From the sequence record MH791414.1: 64,000 nt of DNA; one strand, given 5' to 3'. Of the stretch, positions 56,801 through 64,000 are shown one piece after another. Made by a program: the position numbers and the translations under genes. The notes beneath the pieces were generated by a model, which saw only the letters and a list, made by a program, of their open reading frames with translations, did no database searches and was not told where the DNA came from. Every line of letters starts with the position of its first letter. Positions within the stretch are counted from its first letter, which is position 1.

Positions 56801-56836
56801 AAGGCTCCAACCTAAATAAGGTTGGAGCCTTTTTGT
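56801..56836 (+). terminator. Terminator hairpin with late promoter CTAAATA in its loop
   Basis: AAGGCTCCAACC-TAAATAA-GGTTGGAGCCTT-TTTT. Confidence 0.8.
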
Positions 56837-56854
56837 TTTTGGAGATTAAATTAA

Positions 56855-57235
56855 ATGACAGCTGGATATAAAGTGGTTGCTTTTCTTTTCCTATTGTCAA
56901 TTGTCGGTGGTGGTGGATACTACATGTTCCATAGAATAGAGCAACAGGCTATTACCATCGGAGAGATGACACAACAGATTGAAAACTATACAACACGAAT
57001 AACCGCCCTAGAAACGTCTATAAGCGATTTTAAAACCAAGTCGTCCGAGTATAACAAGGAGACGGAGAAATCGAATAGGGAGCTTTCTGTGAGGCTTGAT
57101 AAGCTAGATAAAAATGTACAACGAGGTAAAGACGCGATCAAGGCAAAACCAAAACTGGTTGAGAAACTGATCCAGAAAGATTACATGGACTTTAGCCAGC
57201 GTATGGATTGTTTAACGTTGGAGAAATGTAAATGA
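56855..57235 (+). CDS. pseT.3: Inner-membrane spanin (Rz / PseT.3-like)
   Basis: N-terminal TM helix, coiled coil and AKPKLVEKLI; overlaps the lipoprotein gene. Confidence 0.85.
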   Translation: MTAGYKVVAFLFLLSIVGGGGYYMFHRIEQQAITIGEMTQQIENYTTRITALETSISDFKTKSSEYNKETEKSNRELSVRLDKLDKNVQRGKDAIKAKPKLVEKLIQKDYMDFSQRMDCLTLEKCK

Positions 57236-57534
57236 AAAAAATTATAATAGCACTTTCTATACTGGTTTTATCTGCATGTTCTTCTACGCCAGTGGAACCC
57301 GCAAAAGATTTAGTCTATCACCCAACAAGACCGGTCCCGGTTAAAACTTATGTTCCTAATTGGGTGGTGGTTGCTGATGGGGATAAAACAGTTGTGGGTA
57401 TGACCTATGAAGAGAGTTTAAAATATAGAGCTTGGTTGGAGAAATTGGGAAATTATATAGATTCACAAAATAAAATGTTGTGCGTTTATAGAGAGGAATT
57501 AAAAGAAGACCAATGTAAAAAGGCTCCAAAATAG
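57232..57534 (+). CDS. pseT.2: Outer-membrane spanin lipoprotein (Rz1 / PseT.2-like)
   Basis: Lipobox LSAC; VGMTYEES..YRAWL and MLCVYREELKEDQCK match T4 PseT.2. Confidence 0.9.
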   Translation: MKKIIIALSILVLSACSSTPVEPAKDLVYHPTRPVPVKTYVPNWVVVADGDKTVVGMTYEESLKYRAWLEKLGNYIDSQNKMLCVYREELKEDQCKKAPK

Positions 57535-57557
57535 GAGCCTTTTTAATTACCTAAATA
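57517..57557 (+). terminator. Terminator followed by late promoter CTAAATA (57551-57557)
   Basis: AAAAAGGCTCC-aaaata-GGAGCCTTTTT. Confidence 0.8.
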
Positions 57558-57592
57558 ATAAGGTAAAATGATTTCAATTAGAGGATTTAGAG

Positions 57593-60500
57593 ATGGCAGA
57601 TCTTAAGAGTTCATCCACGGCTGGGGGTGGGTTAGTCTGGACACAGACCAATTTACCATTTTCCCCACAGGATATTAAGCTGTTTTATGATGGTAAAGAA
57701 ATTATAGATAATACAAACAACCAAACAATTGGTGGTAATAAAAACTTCACTGGTACTTTGACTTATAAAACACCGTCTTCGTCTAATGAAGTTGCAATAA
57801 AAAGTTATGTGGACGGCTTGAATAGTACATCTGTTAAATCCGTCAATGGTACTCTACCAATAGTTGTTACTACTGGGGTTAACCCGACTGTATCTATTAA
57901 TAACGCGACTCAAAGCGCCCATGGTGCTATGAGCAAAGAAGACAAGGTTAAACTAGACGGTCTTCCTGTACGTGCGGTAAACCGCGACGGCGATACAATG
58001 ACTGGTAACCTAGGGTTGGTAAATTTAACTGCTACTGGGATGGTTACTGCTACCACTGGGTTAATTAATGCTGACGCAGATTATGGTCAAAGAATGGTCC
58101 TTTCTGGTTCGACTGGCTATTTCCAATCTGGTAAAAAAGACCGTAATCTTGATGACCAAAGAATGATGTTTTCTGGATATCTTGGGGTTCCTCTGAGTTA
58201 TTCCGCAACAATGATGAAGGATGGCGTTAACCCTATCGTTCGTTGGGGGTCTGCGAGTTATGATATTCTTCACCGTGGTAACCTACCTTCGGCAGAAGAT
58301 ATCAAAGCAATGGCAGTATATGACCGTCCAACCGGTGATGATTGTAACAACGCAACGATGCCGGGTAACTATGGTATCTTTGCGAACACAGCAAATACAC
58401 CTTTTGGAAGTGGTCCTAGTGGTTCTACCCTTCTTGTAACTAAATGGGGTAATGGCGCTAACGCACAAATTTTCTTCTCGTATACATCCGACCGGGTTTT
58501 CATTCGTCGTCAATATATCGGTGTTTGGCAGGCATGGACAGAAGTTTATACCTCTGCAAACAAACAACCTGTTGGTGGTATGGGTCTTGGTGTTGGTGAC
58601 AGTCCAAACGCAATTACTGTAACCGGTGGGGTCCGAGACTTCAACCTAGTTAAGACAACTGGTGTGTTTACCGTAGATGGTAACTGGTCAAACGGTGTTG
58701 ATAATTCACCTACTGCATCTTCACATACTGGTATGGTTGAAGTAAAACAACGTGCATTTGATAATATGACTATTCAGACATTCTATTATCACATCAATGT
58801 TGCAGATACAACAACTCAACGTGCATATACTCGGATTTGGCAGAATGCATCTACCGGTTGGAGTGCGTGGATTCCTACTGGTGTTTGGGAACAAGTAAAC
58901 ACCTATAGAACTGGTATTCTGAGACACAACAACGCGACTAACGACGATTCAGTTTATCCTTATGTATCTTATACTAAGGAAAAGTATCGTGATGGTGTTG
59001 CTGCTGGTATTGGATATGTTATTGGAGAAATAGGTTTTCGGGCTGGTTCAGCTAATAGATACGACCCACACTCTGGGGATCAATTGGCTAGAATCTTAGG
59101 TCAAGCGTATAACACAACAACAACCGGTCAATATGAAGGTGGACTATTCCTCGCATCCAGATATAGAAACACAGATGGGACAGTTGGTGACACTAGTACA
59201 TTCTTATTAAGTCGTTCTGTTGGTGCGGAACTGACTCATGCAGGAAAGAAAGTTCAAATTAATACTGGGGTTGTTAGTGCAGAGAAATATATCTCAAATT
59301 CTTCTGGGTATGCTTTGCAATATGCAAACAACTCACAACAAGGGATCTATTTCGATAACAGAACTATTATTGGTGGTTCGTCGGTTGGGACTGACGGTGT
59401 TATTATTCGTCCAAATGGTTCGGGAACAATTACCGGGGAAACCGTATTTAATGCGAACGGTACTATTTCCAATAACCAAGCTCCGACTTTAGCAATGCAC
59501 TTAACCAATAAGGCATATGTTGATAGCGTTGCTCTTGGTGGATTTAGTTCTATTATCGGATTGAAAGATGCAGATAACCTAAATGATATAAAGACTGCTG
59601 GGATTTATAGCCAAACCGCAAACGTAAAAGCGTTAACTAGCTTGAACTATCCAGTACAAAAAGCTGGTAACTTAATCGTTACTACTTCCGCTGGGGTAAT
59701 TCAAAAATATTGGGTATATAACTCGTCTGAGGTTTGGTCTCGCGCTCAATATTCGACCGGTGATTGGAAACCGTGGTATAGGGATTATAACGAAGAGTTT
59801 AAACCTACTTCTGCTGATGTTGGGGCTTTGTCTTTAACTGGTGGAACTGTTACCGGTGATGTTAGATTTAATTCTGGTAACACAACTAGACTATCTCTTG
59901 GTGGTGGATCTGATTATTACGTAGAACGTTCGCCATCTGGTTTAACATTAGCTTCTGGTACTATTAATCCGAAGGTTAGAGTTGATAACACTGATTATGA
60001 TATCTATCATGTTGGGAATAAACCATCACTAACTGAATTGGGTTTGCAATATACCATACCTAGTGCGGGTGGTACTCCAATTTATGTTAGATTGGCTACT
60101 GTCGGTAGCACTGATTCAAGTATATCATTCTCGATTTACGGATTGGGTGACTTTGGTCAGGCGAAACGCGCAACTTATGATGTTAACGTTTCAACCAGAT
60201 CCGACGGTATAATAGTTGCGGTGAACTCTCTTGATGTCGATGCACTTTATAACCAAAAACCGAAATTCTATTACAGGAAAGTAGGATCCCTGTTTGAAGT
60301 GTGGCTTAAAACACCTAACTATAACGCCACATCTACATTAACTAGATTAGATGGAAGTAGTAATAATATCAAGGTTGACTCGGTTACACAAACAGAACCG
60401 ACTGGTCTTACAGAAGTAACTATAAACCAGATATACACCACTCGGTTTGCTCCAACTGCGAATGCTGTAGGTGCTCTACCGATTACAGGTGGTACTGTTA

Positions 60501-62194
60501 CTGGTCAACTGGGATTAAGTGCAACTTATAACGGATCAAGTGTAAATGCGCAAATCGCTCATATAGGTTCTGATGCAAGTCAATCCCTGTTTATTCGAAA
60601 CATGCGTGAACACAATACAGCTACATGGATTTGGGAAAAAGTATATAGCGGTAGCTTATACTACTCAACCGGGATCAACGGTGGTGGTCAAGCCAAAATA
60701 AGAATGAACGTGACTGGATCTGGTGATATTTATCTAGGAAATGCAGATAAACGTGTCTACCACGAAGGTTATGAGACTACTCCCGCAAAAATTGGTGCTT
60801 ACACCAAAGCCGAAACCGATAGTCTTCTGGGTTCCGCAGGTAGAAAAACGGTAGAAGTTAGTAAACCTTCTGGAATCACAGCGAACCATTATGTTCCAGT
60901 AGTCTTGACTAGCTTGAAAAACCGTGAACATGTTTATATCAATACTCGTTCCTCGGGTGGAACTGACCCAATGAACAACTGTTCATTTAATGGTATAGTT
61001 CGTTCTGGGGGGTGGGGTGATGGTGGTAGTTATGTAACCGGTCAATTCACCATTTTTCATACTAGTGAACGGGCTCTACACTCAGTGTATGGCGGTACAG
61101 AAGGTGATGGATTTGTTGCGTTCTATGTACACGAAAAAGCATTCCCAATAACAGTTATTGTTGATGGTGATGTCGGCGTGGCAACTGCTGCATCTGTGTC
61201 GGCGGGGACTTCAATTTTCACAGCATCTGCCGACCCAGCAACTGGTAATACTAAAGCCACAATGCTTGCACAATGGGCGGACGGTGGTGGATTCTACCAA
61301 GGTTCTTCACGAACCCCATCATTTCAAACTATGAACACCGAATTGGACAAGAAATTGGACAAGACTGGTGGAACCGTAACTGGAAATCTTTCTGTTAATA
61401 CACAATTGACAGTAGGTAATAGCGTTATTTGTGGTGGTGTGACATCTGATAGTTGGTTGCGAACAAATGGCGACAATGGTTGGTACAGTGAAAAATGGGG
61501 TGGTGGAATTCATATGTCGGATGCTCAATGGATCCGGACATATGGAGGCAAGAAACTTCACGTTGCTAACCCAGATGGAAACGCAATCAATACAGATGGT
61601 GGCATTAACGCTGCTAAGGGTTTGACTCTTGGTGGTGGTGCTGTAGTTGGTGGCAGTATAAACGTCACAGGGGGTTATATGTCACTGACAAGCTCCAATA
61701 ACACCCTATTGGAATTCCATACACCGGGTGTATCCGCAGCGATGATTTATAAAGGACCAGAGGGTAACCTTCGGTTTGTCACGTCAAACGGTTCTGGTGG
61801 TGAAACCTTATTGCGAATGCAAATTGACACAGGCGGAAACGTCGTTACTTCCGGTTCTATAAATAGTAGTGGTTACTTGCTCGAAGCCGGTCAACGTGTT
61901 TACTCTCCAAATAACCAAGTCCCAGACGGCGTTATTATGCGAGCAGTTACAAACGCTGGCGGAAATATGGCAGTCGGGTCATATGCCATGATCACGGTTA
62001 AAGCCAACCTTGGTCCACTGGGTCCGGGTACTGTCTTACAAGGGACACAGATCCAATTTTCTAACGCAGAAGGTACTAACTTTGTTGCTTGTAACTATGG
62101 ACAGTGGAGATTGATGGGGGTGTCAAGAGCACAATCACAAAACTCTGATGGTTGGGGTTCTTGGAACGTCACACTTGCACAACGCATTACTTAA
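57593..62194 (+). CDS. 36: Long distal tail fibre (gp36-like N-terminus fused to a gp37-like shaft and tip)
   Basis: MADLKSSSTAGGGLVWTQTNLP matches the T4 gp36 start; pyocin-knob-like repeats; LSLTGGTVTG spacers; C-terminal GQWRLMG tip. Confidence 0.8.
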   Translation: MADLKSSSTAGGGLVWTQTNLPFSPQDIKLFYDGKEIIDNTNNQTIGGNKNFTGTLTYKTPSSSNEVAIKSYVDGLNSTSVKSVNGTLPIVVTTGVNPTVSINNATQSAHGAMSKEDKVKLDGLPVRAVNRDGDTMTGNLGLVNLTATGMVTATTGLINADADYGQRMVLSGSTGYFQSGKKDRNLDDQRMMFSGYLGVPLSYSATMMKDGVNPIVRWGSASYDILHRGNLPSAEDIKAMAVYDRPTGDDCNNATMPGNYGIFANTANTPFGSGPSGSTLLVTKWGNGANAQIFFSYTSDRVFIRRQYIGVWQAWTEVYTSANKQPVGGMGLGVGDSPNAITVTGGVRDFNLVKTTGVFTVDGNWSNGVDNSPTASSHTGMVEVKQRAFDNMTIQTFYYHINVADTTTQRAYTRIWQNASTGWSAWIPTGVWEQVNTYRTGILRHNNATNDDSVYPYVSYTKEKYRDGVAAGIGYVIGEIGFRAGSANRYDPHSGDQLARILGQAYNTTTTGQYEGGLFLASRYRNTDGTVGDTSTFLLSRSVGAELTHAGKKVQINTGVVSAEKYISNSSGYALQYANNSQQGIYFDNRTIIGGSSVGTDGVIIRPNGSGTITGETVFNANGTISNNQAPTLAMHLTNKAYVDSVALGGFSSIIGLKDADNLNDIKTAGIYSQTANVKALTSLNYPVQKAGNLIVTTSAGVIQKYWVYNSSEVWSRAQYSTGDWKPWYRDYNEEFKPTSADVGALSLTGGTVTGDVRFNSGNTTRLSLGGGSDYYVERSPSGLTLASGTINPKVRVDNTDYDIYHVGNKPSLTELGLQYTIPSAGGTPIYVRLATVGSTDSSISFSIYGLGDFGQAKRATYDVNVSTRSDGIIVAVNSLDVDALYNQKPKFYYRKVGSLFEVWLKTPNYNATSTLTRLDGSSNNIKVDSVTQTEPTGLTEVTINQIYTTRFAPTANAVGALPITGGTVTGQLGLSATYNGSSVNAQIAHIGSDASQSLFIRNMREHNTATWIWEKVYSGSLYYSTGINGGGQAKIRMNVTGSGDIYLGNADKRVYHEGYETTPAKIGAYTKAETDSLLGSAGRKTVEVSKPSGITANHYVPVVLTSLKNREHVYINTRSSGGTDPMNNCSFNGIVRSGGWGDGGSYVTGQFTIFHTSERALHSVYGGTEGDGFVAFYVHEKAFPITVIVDGDVGVATAASVSAGTSIFTASADPATGNTKATMLAQWADGGGFYQGSSRTPSFQTMNTELDKKLDKTGGTVTGNLSVNTQLTVGNSVICGGVTSDSWLRTNGDNGWYSEKWGGGIHMSDAQWIRTYGGKKLHVANPDGNAINTDGGINAAKGLTLGGGAVVGGSINVTGGYMSLTSSNNTLLEFHTPGVSAAMIYKGPEGNLRFVTSNGSGGETLLRMQIDTGGNVVTSGSINSSGYLLEAGQRVYSPNNQVPDGVIMRAVTNAGGNMAVGSYAMITVKANLGPLGPGTVLQGTQIQFSNAEGTNFVACNYGQWRLMGVSRAQSQNSDGWGSWNVTLAQRIT

Positions 62195-62198
62195 TTAA

Positions 62199-62223
62199 TT
62201 AGGCTCCTTCGGGAGCCTTATTT
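62199..62223 (+). terminator. Terminator-like hairpin
   Basis: AGGCTCC-TTCG-GGAGCCT with a short T tail. Confidence 0.6.
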
Positions 62224-62236
62224 CAAGGGGTTTTAT

Positions 62237-62737
62237 ATGTTAGAGAAAATGCTTAAATTTGATGAGGGTAGTAAGCTAGTAGTTTATTGGGACACCGAAG
62301 GATATCCCACTATTGGTATTGGACATCTCATTTTGAAATTAAAAACCAAGGATATGGGGTTGATCAACAAAGAACTAAGTTCCCATGTTGGTAGACCTAT
62401 ATCAAATGGAAAAATAACTGAAGAAGAACAAAGTATGTTGTTCTCAAAAGACCTAGAAGTTGTTAGGTCTTCAATGAAGAAATACGACAATCTCTGGTCT
62501 ACCTATGTCGGATTGGATGACGTAAGAAAAACCGCACTCGAAAATATGGTTTTCCAAATGGGAGCCAAGGGTGTTAACGGGTTTCCTTCCATGCTTCGTG
62601 CTATGAGGTCCAAAAGCTGGTCTGAGGCAAAGAAACATGCTCTTGATAGTGCATGGTCTAGACAAACACCAAATCGGGCTAAGAGAGTTACAGACGTTAT
62701 TGAGACGGGAACATACAAAGGTTATCCGTTCGTATAA
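62237..62737 (+). CDS. e: Endolysin, T4-type lysozyme (GH24)
   Basis: DEG...YWDTEGYPTIGIGHL, ALENMVFQMG and WSRQTPNRAKRV. Confidence 0.93.
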   Translation: MLEKMLKFDEGSKLVVYWDTEGYPTIGIGHLILKLKTKDMGLINKELSSHVGRPISNGKITEEEQSMLFSKDLEVVRSSMKKYDNLWSTYVGLDDVRKTALENMVFQMGAKGVNGFPSMLRAMRSKSWSEAKKHALDSAWSRQTPNRAKRVTDVIETGTYKGYPFV

Positions 62738-62739
62738 AC

Positions 62740-62770
62740 AAAAAGGGATCCCAATATGGGATCCCTTTTT
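62740..62770. terminator. Bidirectional intrinsic terminator
   Basis: AAAAAGGGATCCCA-at-ATGGGATCCCTTTTT region between the converging e and asiA genes. Confidence 0.85.
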
Positions 62771-63041
62771 ATTCTGCAACCATACAATCGATCATATCGC
62801 TGATCTTGCCTGCATCAAATTCTTTTAGAGCTTCTTTTATTTGGTAATCTGTCATGCTCTTTAGCATGATTTTAAAATTGTGTTGTGTTAGTGGTTTCCC
62901 CCGGATAGTGGTGAAACCAAGTTCGTTTAGAAAATCAATAAATCCGGTTTGTGTATCTAAAATGTCTTCACAGTCGTACTTTACGAGAATGGATGCAGTT
63001 GCAACAATATCTTTTAGAATTTCTACTTTTGTATTACTCAT
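62769..63041 (-). CDS. asiA: Anti-sigma70 factor AsiA
   Basis: 90 aa; DIVATASILVKY..EDI.....FIDFLNELG aligns with T4 AsiA. Confidence 0.9.
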   Translation of the reverse strand: MSNTKVEILKDIVATASILVKYDCEDILDTQTGFIDFLNELGFTTIRGKPLTQHNFKIMLKSMTDYQIKEALKEFDAGKISDMIDCMVAE

Positions 63042-63280
63042 ATTTTATACATCTTATCTCTTAGGATCACATCTGTTCGTTCTCGAACATCACCCATAAA
63101 TCTTGCGGTTTTACCATCTTCAAATAAGATAACACTTACTTGGGAATCTGATATTTTATTTTTTTGTATCGACACCTTGACAGATTTCATAACATAATCT
63201 TTCAAGTTTATGTGTATTGGTTTCATCTCGGGGGAAAGTCCAGATACAATACCACCCCCGAATATAATATATTCTTCCAT
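63038..63280 (-). CDS. Hypothetical protein (80 aa)
   Basis: Coupled to both neighbours; start reassigned to 63280. Confidence 0.65.
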   Translation of the reverse strand: MEEYIIFGGGIVSGLSPEMKPIHINLKDYVMKSVKVSIQKNKISDSQVSVILFEDGKTARFMGDVRERTDVILRDKMYKI

Positions 63281-63402
63281 TACCAATCCCTTTCGTTTTT
63301 ATTTTTGTGTTTTTTGCCCCGAACCCGATTGGTTTCTTTCTTTTTATCACTCATAACAGAAGGGCGATTGAAATTATGTTTAGCTACTGGGTTTATATTC
63401 AT
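63280..63402 (-). CDS. Small basic protein (40 aa)
   Basis: Manual translation MNINPVAKHNFNRPSVMSDKKKETNRVRGKKHKNKNERDW; AAGGA SD; resembles a small T4 protein of the asiA-arn region (from recall). Confidence 0.75.
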   Translation of the reverse strand: MNINPVAKHNFNRPSVMSDKKKETNRVRGKKHKNKNERDW

Positions 63403-63502
63403 AACCAATATTCCTTTTTGTTAGTTTATATAGTTAGTTGGGTGAGGTCTCCCCCACCCGATATGAATATAGTCTCATATATTCAGATTTTATGCAAGTG
63501 GT

Positions 63503-63952
63503 TTATACCGGAAGAATCCAATATACACCACAAAACAAAAGAGATACCAACACAATAACAGTCACCAACGCAGCAACGAACAGAAAATTCAAAACTTTGT
63601 TCTTGACTTTTCGGTCATCTTCGGTTAGGTCTTCCCATTTAGTAATAGACCCTTCAATGTCTTTTTCTCCGTCCATTGCACTTTCAATAAACAGAAGGCA
63701 TATAGGATTCGAATACGCCTTACCAAGGATCCCTACGCGCTCTTTAGTGAGCTGTTCTAATTGAAACCATTGGAAAAGGGCTAGTGCAATCGAACCAAGA
63801 ACAATCGGAGGATACATTGTGGAAGCGAATACAGATGCAATTGCGGCCACAATGAAAAACAACCCCCACGAATGGAGAGCAGTCGAACCAATTTTATTTT
63901 TTTCTTCTTGGATCCGAAGTTTAACCTTCGTCAGTCGAGTAGTAGATACCAT
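63503..63952 (-). CDS. Membrane protein (three hydrophobic segments)
   Basis: Two N-proximal and one C-terminal TM-like stretches; GAGG SD; CTAAATA at 63980-63986. Confidence 0.7.
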   Translation of the reverse strand: MVSTTRLTKVKLRIQEEKNKIGSTALHSWGLFFIVAAIASVFASTMYPPIVLGSIALALFQWFQLEQLTKERVGILGKAYSNPICLLFIESAMDGEKDIEGSITKWEDLTEDDRKVKNKVLNFLFVAALVTVIVLVSLLFCGVYWILPV

Positions 63953-64000
63953 TTTATTTTTTCCTCAGTTGTAAAACCGTATTTAGGCTTTATCTTTCTT

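Overview
A 64-kb segment of a lytic T4-like (Straboviridae-type) myophage. Gene order and sizes (1040-aa fibritin, gp25 between gp5.4 and gp6, gp27 between gp53 and gp5, large tRNA array, mostly CTAAATA late promoters) suggest a large Aeromonas/Vibrio-type (Aeh1/65/KVP40-like) phage; the host is an inference. 1-31.6 kb (minus strand) is the late virion cluster: gp18 (partial), 17, 16, 15, 14, 13, an Ig/lectin-like protein, wac, 12, 11, 10, 9, 8, 7, 6, 25, 5.4, 5.1, 5, 27, 53 and 48, interrupted by two plus-strand cassettes, one encoding an LprI-like secreted protein. 31.6-38.8 kb (plus strand) holds gp4, 2, 54, 26, a start-less gp51-like frame, 29, 3, 1 and 57A. 38.8-47.6 kb carries a J-domain protein, 18 tRNA genes, two tRNA-like RNAs with abnormal anticodon arms and several structured non-coding tracts. 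47.6-62.7 kb has accessory genes (P-loop proteins, Hoc, ParB-like, tk, an Arr-like ART, a Tk.4 macrodomain), Rz/Rz1 spanins, a 1533-aa gp36/37-like fibre and an endolysin, facing asiA and its neighbours on the minus strand. Top candidates for new biology: (1) a putative programmed -1 frameshift at T TTT TTC (35102-35108) fusing gp26 to a gp51-like tail directly upstream of the tape-measure gene, as in lambda gpG/gpGT; (2) a ~650-nt GNRA-rich non-coding tract plus several tRNA-mimic RNAs in the tRNA cluster; (3) an early LprI-like lysozyme-inhibitor cassette inside the baseplate operon; (4) a multi-foldon fibritin with a probable docked adhesin. All homology calls are by eye from recalled T4 sequences; no searches or folding programs were run.
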